A stretch of DNA of 64,000 nucleotides from Octopus vulgaris (lineage: Eukaryota). Positions within the stretch are counted from its first letter, which is position 1. Each line of letters begins with the position of its first letter. Below are positions 26,070 through 39,588 of this stretch, in pieces. The stretch is taken from positions 35,588,001-35,652,000 of the forward strand of contig OX597832.1 of assembly GCA_951406725.2 (NCBI GenBank), given 5' to 3'. A program made the position numbers and the translations under genes. The notes below the pieces were generated by a model. That model was not told the origin of the DNA, did no database searches, and saw only the letters and a list, made by a program, of their open reading frames with translations.

Positions 26070-26379
26070 TTGGCTGAGATCTAATGTGGACCATTCAAAT
26101 AACTGGGGAATCTGCAAAGAGATGTAGAAAGAAGAGATGAGAGATTTGTGTGATAAGAAATTTAAAAGAAAACACCTCACAAGACCCCAATAAAATAGAT
26201 AAAGCAAAATTGTAAAATTTGAAGGAAAATATGAAAATAACTTAGATTTCCTGAGGAGTTTTAGTTGAAAAGCTGAATGTAATATTCAAAATAGTGTTTA
26301 ATTTCAATGTTTCACGCATATTATTTAGTTTATTTTTAAGGCTGTTTCTACAGATATTCTATAGAAACTATAATCAGCT

Positions 26380-26702
26380 CTGATTTTTGCTAGAATGTTT
26401 CATGTGGAGACATCAGATGTAAACAAGCAATGTGAGCGGAGAGAAAAGTGGGTAGTGAGTGTATCTGCCATATTTCGGGGGTTGCTGCCCCTTCATCAGC
26501 ACCCATCTAATCCACTTCCATCTCTGAACACATGTAGCTGTATAAGCAGTGTGTTCGGAGACGGAAGTGGATTAGATGGGTGCTGGTGAAGGGGCAGCAA
26601 CCCCCCAAATATGGCAGATACACTCACTACCCACTTTTGTCTCTGCTCACATTGCTTGTTTACATCTGATGTCTCCACATGAAACGTTGTAGCAAAAATC
26701 AG
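26380..26702. repeat. Long palindrome (~153-bp arms, ~8 mismatches, 17-nt loop) with hammerhead-like core
   Basis: Arms 26380-26532 and 26550-26702 compared by eye. Confidence 0.92.
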
Positions 26703-26814
26703 TGCTGGCTGTTGAAACAACCTTAAAGATAACAAGTGCTACTGATGCAGTAGGACATGGTACTGACTTATAAAAACATTTAGTATACTTTTAAAGGGCC
26801 AGAATAGAACAGAA

Positions 26815-26863
<49 letters not shown>

Positions 26864-29800
26864 GCATACAATAACTTAGTGTTGAAAAGTGAAGAGAACA
26901 ATACCCTACATGTTAGCTCAGGAAGTATTCTCTTCCTGATGACCTCCCATATAACCTCAAAACAGCTGGACTAACATAACTCAAAGAAGACCTGAATGTG
27001 AAACACCCAGCATGCCAAAAATAGAAGAGAAAGATCATTCATGGGTATGTTTCTTGAAAACTTGAAGAAATCAGTAATATTAGCATCAAGTGAAGCTTCT
27101 TTTGGACTCATGACCGCTCCATCACATCAAACATTAGAGGCTATTTGTATGCAATACAAGTACAGGAGAAGGCTATCAAATACCCAAGAGACAGTGAAAC
27201 CCTTTCAGCTCCAAGATGCAACCGAAAATGTAGATTATGTCATATTTCAGTGGAAGACATCACATTTGATTAGCAGCTGCCCAAAGTCATAAAGGTTCTC
27301 CCTATGCAACAGAACATTGTCACTAAAACAACATACAATGTCATTCAGGGAAAAGACTGTGCTGGAATAAATGCAGAGATTCCCCTTGTTAGGGGACACA
27401 TACACAACATCAACACAAAGAATGCTGGTGGAAGGTTCCCATCAAAACATCTGTCATGTAGCTCCTACTTCAGAAGAATTTAAATAATTAATAACAGAAG
27501 AGAACATACATAAATGGACACACACATACATGCATACATGCATGCATACATAGATTTACACACACACAAATGCATTCTTACACACAAACATACATGCAAT
27601 CATACAAACAATGCATACATATACACATACATCCATATGCATTCACATGTATACACATTATTCATTACCATACGACATTAGTATAATATTAATCTAGAGT
27701 GTATTTATAGCACCGTTATAATTTGCTAATGTACCACTGTGCAATCAACTGAATGGAACGAGGAACTGAAGGAAATATCATGCCATTTTAGTCAAACAAT
27801 GATACATTTCCAAGAATGCACAATTTATACATTTGCAGTATTGGAAAATAAATAAATAATTAAACAAATAAAATAAAAACCATAACTTTCTGATGGACGC
27901 TTTTTTTGTCCTTGATATTTTGTCTATCCTAGAGAATTCCTTCCTAAACAGCAAGTAGTGATTAATAATTAAGTTTTAATACCAAGAAATGGAAAGCTTT
28001 GTGCATTTTTTCTGCAGTAAACAACTTTGAATATGATTTGGCAACTGTTTGTTCTAATCTCTATGGATGATTTAACATTATGAATCTAAAAATTCTTTAG
28101 ATTAAACAAACCTGAAATATTGAGCGAAATTGGGAATTATAGTAGTTTTCAGGAATGTAGAATATCTAAATATTATCATTGATGCGTCCCATAGATTGGT
28201 TTCAAGTGAAGCCTCTGTTATATTTATCATAAATCTTTGTCAGTATTTAGTGGGTTCCATCGTTTTTGTTGTTAACAAAATAGTTTTAATAATTCACCAC
28301 TACCACCTCCTCTAAACCAGCTGGATATCCCTACTGTAATGAATATGGTGCAGAAAAAAAGGTAAGTAGCAAGCAGTAATAATAGTATATTATACGATAA
28401 TGTAATGGGATGTACTTTCTAGGTTTGGTAATAAATAATACATTTCAGCCTATTGAAATCACAATTTAGAGATATAATGGTCACAGAGATAGTTATAAGT
28501 AGTGATGGTAAAGATGGTGGTATAATGGAAATAGCTGCAGTAGCAGTAGTGGTGGTAGTAGTAATGGCAGTGGTGGTGGTGGTGGTATGTAGAGTAACTG
28601 GTAGTCTTTTTAGCATTGTGATCTGTAATATTAGTATTAGCAGTATTATTACTGGTACTGGGATAAGAAATAAAATGATTGATTTAGAAAGACATAGAGA
28701 CAAAATAGTTTCATAGCTTCAATACCAGGTGGAGGGAAAGATACATGTAGCCTCATAACCAGAAAGGGAGACAAATATAAGTTCAATACCAGGTAGAGGA
28801 GACAGAGGTTCAATAGTAGGTTTGTAGCGGACGCTTAGTGAAATTCTCTCTCTCTCTGTTATATATGCATAAGTACAGACGCAGCAGATAACAGCTAACC
28901 TTCGGCGCTTGGACCCTGTGGTGCCCACTACTCTGATTGGTTGGTATTGGTGCAGTTTGTCTCTTTCTCTATTATGCACCAATGTGCAATCCAACCAATC
29001 TCAGCCTTCTGATAAAGTCACGTGAGACAGTCTCTTCTAAATCTTTGTTTGAGCTGATAGCTTGCTATAAAACTTCAGTGATTCGAGTCGGGAGTCTTAT
29101 GGTTGAAGACCTTCTAAGGTCTAACCACTGACCACACAGCCAGTTCCAGTGACAACAAACACCAGCAGCTCACATGGAGACTCAACTTTGTCCAGCAGCA
29201 TCAGGACCTCCATCTCTGTCGCCTCCATCTTAATGTCAACAACATCTCTACGTACACAGCAACATTTGGTCAGGTTTATCTCTTCCCTGTTTGTGAATTA
29301 CTTCACCATGGTTAACAGCAAATACAACTTGTGAGAAATTCCTGTATCAAGTGATTGGCAGTGGCATAGTAGCCACAACTTCTTACACAACATGTGCTTC
29401 AACCAGCTTTGCTTCTTTGCCACAGCTTCTTGTTACAGCACTTCAGCTATTCTGTATCTTACTACGAACTGATATTTATCATCATTATGTCTGAACATTC
29501 TTCTAGTATCCCATTATGGAGTCTTTCCATGCTCTGTATTTTTATGCACACACATAAACATTATGTATACTTGACGGCCTGTCTATTGTTATTATTATTA
29601 TCCATATATGACGCACACACAGACACACACACATGTTAACACCTAAATAAAATCTTCTCTGAAACCTTCTTCTTCCGGTTGTGTCGTCCTTCTTTCCTTC
29701 TGGCACTCAGACTCATTCTTACCTTTTTTTGCTTTTTATTGTAAGCCACTGTGTGGTGTATTAGTCATTCATTCGTCACTTCTCCTTTCCGCACGGTCGT

Positions 29801-30288
29801 TCTTACAATATTCTCAGTCCCTACCACAACATGTGCACTCACCTCCAAACTCCCAGATACATCTTCAACACTCCAGAATTCTTTGGTACCATTGTTTATG
29901 AGTGAAGACCAACCTATAACTGCAAAAAGTATCAGTTCAGGTTCTTAGACTTGAATAATGTCACTTGGAAATGAATCTCATGTTTTTCTGAAAATTGATG
30001 TTTGATCTCTTCAACAGTTTTTGTAGAACAATATTCCACTCCATCTATCATTTAATACTGAACAGTCTAGGTAGGTGGCGCTGTGAGCTGATCTAGGTGT
30101 ATACACACCATTTGTCAACAAGCGAGATATATTCTCTTTGACAAAACGTAGTGAGTCGCCTGTTCCCCAGTTTGAACGTGCTTCAAGCATATTCAGACTG
30201 ATAATAACAATACAATTTCACTTATCACTGCTCAGCGCTCCCCCCCCCCCCCCCTCTGTAATTATGTTGCTAATATTATCCTGTATAT

Positions 30289-30503
30289 AAGGTGGCGAGT
30301 TGGCAGAAACGTTAGCATGCCGGATGAAATGGTATTTTGGTTGTCTTCACATTCTGAGTTCAAATTCCACTGAGGTCAACTTTACTTTTCATCTTTTTGG
30401 GGATCGATAAATTAAGTACCAGTTGTATACTGGGGTTGATCTAATCGACTGGCCCCCTCCCCCAAAATTTCAGGCCTTGTGTTTAGAGTAGAAAAGAATA
30501 TTA
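30289..30503 (+). mobile_element. tRNA-derived SINE (family B)
   Basis: TGGCAGAAACG A-box-like, GAGTTCAAATTCC B-box-like; matches 7536-7756. Confidence 0.8.
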
Positions 30504-30923
30504 TCATATATATGAGGACATGTCTACACATCCCATTACATCTTTATAAACACATTTTAGTTCAACTTGTTACTGAGATTTGCAATTAAATGAACATTTT
30601 ATTTTAATTACTAACACTAAACATTTCTGATTCCCCCAATCAAGGAATCTATTCATAGAAAGATATTTATACAGTACAAACAAGTTATTCCGTTGATATG
30701 GAACATATATTTATCTTGTTGCCTGGTTTCTCTGATAATTCTCATTAGTAATTTTCATCAATGTTAACATACAAACCATTCAGCTAATGGTAAGTCATAC
30801 GAGGACAATTTGCTAAATTGAATTGTCTCCGACTTGGTTTTTTCCAATCAGTTTCTAATTACCCTGGCTGTATGTGTGTAAGAATCCATGTAAAGTATAG
30901 AGAGATGTGGCATGTTATTATTC

Positions 30924-30983
<60 letters not shown>

Positions 30984-31280
30984 TTAAATTAGCGTTAAAT
31001 TCAGAATCAGATTCCAGTATTTTTGTATCATGCGCTAATTTGTATCGGCCATGCCTTAAAGCAAGTTGAAGAGTGGTTTGTCTATAAACAAGACTGTTTC
31101 TCATTGTGTATTTTTAATGACTTAATATACATGTATACATTTCAAGAATCTTGAGTTTTCTTCTGCAGAGAACAAGGGATTTCCTTTAATAAACAGGATT
31201 TGCTGTTTATCAGAAAAACAAGAAAATAATAAGTAGGACAAGACTAACAGCTGCCACTAAAGTACAAGTTTTCAAGGTCT

Positions 31281-31439
<159 letters not shown>

Positions 31440-32143
31440 ATCTCCCAGCAATAACGAAACACCATAAAAATTACACTGAAAATCAATTTGATGTTAGATA
31501 GCAGAAAGTTGCAATATAAGATGCTGGTGTTGAATTTAATGGGGAGGGGGGGAATTTCAGGTGAGAAACAACAGAGACAGGAAGTGTTCCTCTTTGAACA
31601 AATGAAATCATTCTTAGTTTGGAGAAATATTAAGTTAAGTCCTTCATGTTTTCAATTTGGTTTCAATAGAAGAAGAAAAATATTTAAATATTCCATTCTC
31701 CTCCTCTTCTTATTAAGTGCTCAACTAACTAACTACGGAGATCATATTATTACAGAGAGGTGTCGTTACTAATTGGTTAGTTTTAGTAGAGAGATGAGTC
31801 GAATGCTTCTACATCAGTGGCTACAACATCGTTTACTATAAAACTTTGTATTAAGAAATAGAGAATAAAGCATAAAGATTGTTCATATATTGTTAGTTCC
31901 TTAAATAACCAGGTTTGTAGAGAGAAGGCAGCAACAGGAGAGTGAAGGATACTAATTATTGTTAGTTGAACACTAAACTATTTCAGGTGGTGGCTATGGG
32001 CAATAACTGAATATTTCAGAATGCTAACCAATTATTGTTAGTTAATCAATGTATTATCTCAATTGGCAGCAGTATAAGAGGGATGTGGAAACAGACAGAC
32101 AGAAAGGCAGATAGATATAAAGGCAGATAGATAAATTGAAAGA

Positions 32144-32231
<88 letters not shown>

Positions 32232-32528
32232 GTGACCATAGAATAGTAAAGTGACTGATGCAGAGAGAGATAACATTACAGAATTACTTAAATTGTCCTT
32301 AAAAGTAAACAGATGAAATGAACTAACAAATAATTGAAGACTGATTTTTGTGGCTTAATTAAAAACTAATGATTAATCTTCAGGGTTCTCAGGTTTAAAA
32401 ATCCATCATTAGACACATTGTTTGTATGTTTTTTGTTTTCTATGAATAACCTGGCAAATCATGAATTTTGGAGTTTGGACAATGCAACTGTTCAGGGATA
32501 ACATACATACATGCATGCATGCATGCAT

Positions 32529-32559
<31 letters not shown>

Positions 32560-32791
32560 TACATAGAGACAGACAGACAGACATACATACATACATACAT
32601 ACAGACATACAAACAAACAAGCAAACAAACAAATAGAAACACCCTGTTGTTGATGTTGAAATTCCAATGAAGGAGGCTTGGATCTAGGTTAGAAACCGGT
32701 TCTTTCTCTATTGGCAATTGAATGATGACTCATGCACACACACACACATCATCCTCATCATCCTCATCAGTAGTTCATATGTCCGAAAAAG

Positions 32792-32859
32792 AAGCACTTT
32801 GAGTCTGATGAGTTGCCCATATGGTTAAGTGCTTTATAGGTGTGAACCAATGGTCACTC
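32792..32859 (+). ncRNA. Degenerate hammerhead motif with possible pseudoknot
   Basis: GAGT-CTGATGA..GAA-CC-AAT-GG-TC-ACTC; AAGCACTT (32792-99) is complementary to AAGTGCTT (32827-34); the GAAA core lacks one A. Confidence 0.5.
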
Positions 32860-32892
32860 TATGACTAGCCATAACAATTAACTTCCTAAAAT

Positions 32893-32929
<37 letters not shown>

Positions 32930-33072
32930 AACACACACATGTATACACACACACACATAGATACCTAGTATCTATCTATCTAAGTAGAAAGATATATATG
33001 TATAATTATAGATGTGTACATTTGTCTGCCTGTCTGTGTGTCTGTCTCTCTCTTTATCTATCTATCTATCTA

Positions 33073-33108
<36 letters not shown>

Positions 33109-34544
33109 GGTAACTAGATCATTCACGACTGGGTTACCATGGTTGTATTGCAGCGTATACAAACACAAACATCTGTAGAGGAAATTGATTAGCATTGCAC
33201 ACATATAAAGTTGGTTCTATGTACAGTCAGTTCTCATGGAAACGTGAAAATAAGCAATAAAAATAGTGATTCAAGTTAAGAAAGCATTATTTTTCAAATG
33301 TGCCAAGTCAATTTGTTATTTTCACAACTGATTTGCCAATAGCTTATTTGATGATTTACACAAGCATAACAATATTTTCTCTTCTATAAACCGATACTGT
33401 AATTACTACACTAAGAATTCATTTTCACTTATAATTTAATTTTCTTTTTTACAATAAGATGGCAACGGGGGAGGAATGAACAGCTATTTTTTGTTTCACG
33501 ATTGAAATGAAATTATGATGAAGAATATCTTGTAGCAGGAAAGTTAATATTAGGAAAGACTGTAATAGTTTAAAATTGAATAGGAAATGCTGTTTGTGCC
33601 ATGTAGCTTGTGGCTTTAATTGAAAATGGAACTCTTGACTGACTTAAAAATTTACAAAATGAATAGATCGATGCCATTGCAATTTGAAAATTATTGCCTG
33701 TCAATGGAATTACTTCTTCCTGTGAAGAAAAAGAAATGAACAAGAACTACAGAAATAAAAGCTGATTACTTGGAATTGTAAGATAGATTTCTTTTTCAAC
33801 CAACTTTAATAAATATATTTGAATATTTCTTAAACATGTTGTGTTCACCAAATACTTCTTATTTACAAATACATGGTGCAATAAAGAAAATGGTGACCAA
33901 AACTAAAACAGAGAAGATTTCGTTGAAGTAACAAAGAGCGATTAAAAAAAACAATTGGGTGGCTAGCTAAAATTTCTAAACTACTTTAAAGAGTTAGGAA
34001 GTGTAAACCTTTATCCTAATTATATTTAAGAACCTTTCGTTATGTTCCAATACCAGCTTAATTATAAAAAGTGAATTATTTTACTATCTAAATTCTTGAT
34101 TATTTTAAAAATTATTCAAAATGCAGAGATTTTCATGAGATGTATGGTTAGAAAAGGGCTTGCAGCCATATTTCGATATAGGCTTATGTTCTGGAATGTA
34201 AAACACTGAGTTTAGTGTAGCGATTACTATGGCATGGTGTATTGTCTATCATAACTGAAGTGGAGGGGAGAGGGACATCATCAGAGGATCCAGTGTTAGA
34301 GAAAATATGTATACACATCTATATCTAATAATGGTCCATGGAGTGTCATTGGCTGAAAAATTTTCAACTTCTTGCCTAATGCAAGCCCTTAGCAATCTCT
34401 TGGACTGTTTCGGTATTACGTGTCAAAAGTGAAACAATAACATCTCTATTGTAATGTGAGATAATAGTTTCAGTATTAATACTTTCACTATGTATATAAC
34501 ATACATAGTGAAACTATTATCTCACATTGCATATATACGTGCAT

Positions 34545-34823
<279 letters not shown>

Positions 34824-37212
34824 AACTTACTTGGAAATGGATGCATGGCATTCAATCAGGTAATAATGTAATATATTTATATATATATATATATACACAC
34901 ACATGCATATATGGCTACAGGACATCACCAACACTAGACAATCACATTTTTGCCACTATTATTCTCAGACTTACTCCGACCCAGAGTAGCAGCACCTGTC
35001 AAGGTTCCAGCTACGACTTAACTAGCATCTGTGAAGACATTCCATCTGAGAATGGGAATATAGAAATACTCTTGGTTGGAATCAAAATGTGCAGTAAAAC
35101 ACAGCATCCTTCTAAGAGAGAGATACTCTGATATAAAAATCTGCTTTTTTTATGTGATTACTGGTCATCTCACTTTGGCCTGTCACTAGGTACTGACCAC
35201 AGAGTTTCAGAGGGTGGTACTCATGTTGCACAAGCATATTTCATTATAATGATGTTCGGATGTCTCTTCATGGTGACCTCATTTGTCATTCCACCCACTG
35301 AAGGTCCTATGGAAGAGTGGCAACATGTGCAGATCTAATCAGCTGGATGTGCACAATAAGTTGCACCTTTCGTCTGTCACCTGTGCTTCAAACCATGCAG
35401 ATCTGCAACAGGACCGAATTGTCACCAGAGAGGCTATGGATTGAAAGTCAGAAATGCCGTTGACAATGAAGAAGTACAAGGAGACCATTTCTACGAGTAT
35501 GTGTCTGTGAGTGTTTCTGCAAAGCTGGGAAAGAAAGAAAAACAAAAATTGCAATGTCCCTGCAAGTGTCATTGGAAAGAGTTTCATGTCTTGTCTGTGG
35601 CTGATGATTTGGGATTTGTATCAAGCTGTTCAGGAACAGCAATACACAGAAACCTAGATACATAACACCATGACCAAACACACACAGTACTGTAACCCAA
35701 CCCACACAACACCATAAACCAATGCTCACTGCTATAATCCAATTCACAGAGTACCACAAGCTGACCCACATAAACAGGATTATCAAGTTTTAAAAAATAT
35801 ATAAATTGCTTACTTTGGATCCTAGTTTTTGGTTTCCTTATTGGGTAAAAATTCAAAAGTGAAGAAACCATATTAAAAAGATATCTCATGCTGCAGAATC
35901 AAATTTGGTGCCACGTTCAGCAATCACAAACGGTTTGATGGCTTCATATTTTACGGAGTCGGGAAATAGGATTAAATTTTCTGCCTTGGCTGTCTTCGTT
36001 AAACTGGAAAATTAAAAGAACATGGAAGAATGGTAACGATAATCTTAGCTGGATTTCAGCAAAATATTACAACTATAGAATATTGGTACTTTGGAATATT
36101 GGTGCTAGAAAATAGTCTTGCAACAGAACACTAGTACTATGTGGTCATCCCTCTTATATGTATATAATTTCTCTGAATCTTCAGATTTTAATATGCTAGA
36201 CCACTGGTTTTAAATTGATATTAATCAAATTAATATTCAATTTTTCACCTTTATTATTTTAAATTTATATATATATATATAGCAAATGATATATATTTGT
36301 GTAATAGATTGAACCAACTTTCATTCATGCTGCTGAAATCACACAAGAGATATGGAATTACTGTGAAAGTGTTAAAGTTCTTAAAATGGAATTACCAGGA
36401 ATCTGGAGCAATTTCTTATAGCTATTCTACTTGAATGTGAGGTTGTGATAATGAAAGCAGAAGTTTTAAAGACTGGAAGTGAGGTGTTTCACAGAAAATC
36501 ATATAAGTATTATATAACATAAATGGAATCTTCTGTAAACGCCTTTATTCATAATATAACTTCCATGTATTGTGGTAAGAGAAGATAGAGTAAGAAAGGA
36601 GAAAAAGAGAGGTGATAATAGAGTGAAAAAGAGAAAAAGAAGTAGAGAAGAGAAAAATATTCTAGATAAATAAGGAAAATCAGTTTTTGATTAATCAAAA
36701 GATCATTATTTCAAATTCCTCTGTTGATGTTTTCTGCTAAAGACGACAAAATTAGAAGAATGGCTTTGGAATACACTTCACATCTCAATGTTGCACACAA
36801 TGGCCACAACGAGAGAATGGTGCTGCAGTTTTGATCAGTAACAAATCTCAATGGAAAATTGTTTGTTATTCTTCAGCATGCATTCAGAATGTATGAATGT
36901 GTGTGTGCGTGTGTGTGTATGTGTGTGTGTGTGTGTGTGTATGTGCACACGTGCATATGTGTTCGTTCATACATACATGCATATTTATATATATGGATAC
37001 ACACAGATACACACACACACACATACATACATACATACATACATACACATATATATATTACATGGAATAATGCGAGCAAGAGAAATAATATTCTTAAGAT
37101 TATAAATTTGGAAAAGTTCAGGACAAGTTATTAGACTTGGGAAAGTAGAGAACAAGAAAGATTTTTACTTAAAATATTGCAGCAAAGGATAAAATCTTAA
37201 TGATGATGATAC

Positions 37213-37254
<42 letters not shown>

Positions 37255-37724
37255 GGGGACAACACCACAGAAAAGTAGCAGTCACCTAATGTGGATAGAA
37301 CTTATGGATGAGGGAGACCCATGAGGATATGGGACAAAGTGATGAGGACTGATCTTAAGATGATGAACCTTACAGAGAGGACAAAGGACTGAATTGATTG
37401 TCAATTTGCTGTGCCTAAGAAGACTCATCCATCCCAGTAGAAATGATATCCAAAAGAAACTTGCTCAAGCTTGCATCTGTTGACATCCTGTCTCACTCCT
37501 CTCTCTCTCTCTCACTGCTCTATCAAGCTTTACTCCTACATCTCATCCCTAAGGCTCATCATTTCTCAATTTATGATACTACTTGGCTGCTGTAATCACC
37601 TAAGAACAGGATAAGCTTATATTACACCCCCTTCCTTCCAATTCCCTTCTCCCCCCCACCCCAGAACCCCTTCCATCCCTGTCCTATTTCCACCAATCAC
37701 TTCCTTTTTGAACCTTTAGCAATT

Positions 37725-37763
<39 letters not shown>

Positions 37764-38269
37764 CTCTACTCCTCTGCTAACACTTCTCTCAATACTCTCA
37801 CTTATCCCTCACACAGCCACTCCTACATCTCTCACCAACACTCACTCCATTCACCTTGATCTCCATCCCTCCTCCCACCTCATACATGCACCTTGTATCT
37901 TGAGCTACTCCAGCGACCCATCACTACAGCTTTCCACTGACCCTTAGATAGAGAGCAGCCCCTTGTATCTCTGTTGCAAGCTCCTCTCAACACCCAGCAG
38001 AGAATCATCATCTCTCCTCCCTCCCTCAAATACTAACCAACTCCATTTAATCCAGAAAGCTTTTTCCTATTTTTTTTTCTTTTTCTCCCTCACTTTTTCA
38101 TTCTTCCTTTTCTCTTCCTTTCTTGCAAATTACTTGGCAACCTCACGAGTGCTGGTGGCACAAGAAAAGCACCCATTACAGTCTGTAGTGGTTGGTCTTA
38201 GGAAGGGCATCCAGCTACAGAAGCTACGATGATATATATATATATAATAATTATAAAAATAATTATAAT

Positions 38270-38633
38270 TATTTGAGGGAATGTTATTCCTAACTTACAG
38301 GGAAAAATTCAATTTAGAAATACTAAATCAAATTTCACAAAATATAATATATATATATAAAAATTAGAAAAAACCACCTTTTATCAATACAAAATGAACA
38401 ATTAAATTACACCATCTAGAAAATTATATATAGTAGAAATATTAAAATTAAAATAACAATAATATACTGTTGATTAAGTAAATTGCAAAATAATAAAAAC
38501 GTATATATTTGGTAGAATAACGACACATGTTTTGTGACTATATTTAAGAAATGATTATAGTAAAAAAATTAATAGTAGTAGTAAAATCACTTTGATATAA
38601 GTATAGCCACTCATCAGGTTAAAAATAAACTAG

Positions 38634-38635
<2 letters not shown>
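38270..38635 (-). mobile_element. AT-rich Penelope-like/retrozyme-like repeat with hammerhead motif (38518-38621)
   Basis: Minus strand TAAC-CTGATGA-GTGGCTATA..TATAGTCAC-AAAA-C-ATGT-GTC-GTTA; the flank is homologous to 53130-53390. Confidence 0.6.
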
Positions 38636-38696
<61 letters not shown>

Positions 38697-39547
38697 ACAT
38701 GTTGTAAACAAATTTATAAGCACTGACTGAGTTGATATTCCACAGAAAATAAAGGAATTCTTCAATGCAGGATAGCTGTGATAACAGTTTAGTAAACAGA
38801 AAAAAGATTTAGAAAAATAAGAAAGTGGCCAGCAAGCTGCTATAGAGAATTGATGCCTGTCCCTATCAAATTCTGGATGAGAATTCTGTACCATGAAGCT
38901 AAGAGATCCCTGACAATATATACTACCCTTTTATAATGCTAAATAATGGCTTTTGGAATGTGAGAATGTAAACAAACTTATAAGCACTAGGTGAATTGGT
39001 ATTTGACAGAAAATAAAGGAATTGTTGAATGCAGATATTGTGTGTGTATGTGGTAAAAATTATGAGATAATTTACAAACACTATTTTAATGTACACCAAT
39101 CACAACCAATTGAGCATACTAAGGTATTAGGGTAATACATACACGTGTGTGTGTGTGTTTGTGTGTGTGTAAGATAAGAATAATTTAACAATTTAGAGAC
39201 ACTACTCTAATATAACTTTTCTCCAAAGCTGCCAGACCTGTATTTAACTATATCTAATGTGAATTTACAACATTTTGTAGCTATCAGATCTGTGGAACTT
39301 ATGGATCTATATAAGATCTTTGGAATCACTGTCAGGCACAGACAGATTCTAAAACTGGGATTTAAGATGGTTAGTATGTGTGTATCAATGTGCACATATG
39401 TAGATGCATAAATACATACTTGCATACATATGTAACAATCATCATTGTTCTTATTCAAATTCCAGTGACGGAGTTTTTGCTAGATATTAGTTCCCTCCTC
39501 CTAGAAAGAATTCAAATAAATAAAAAAAAGCATAGTCATACATACAT

Positions 39548-39588
<41 letters not shown>

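Noticed and set aside
26112-26207. N-terminal 32 aa of the 245-aa ORF
   Set aside because: Lies in the intron polypyrimidine tract upstream of the acceptor, and the ORF start is not ATG.
34920-35760. Higher-complexity stretch with several short ORFs and possible splice sites
   Set aside because: No recognisable protein motif or consistent exon; possibly a decayed transposon.
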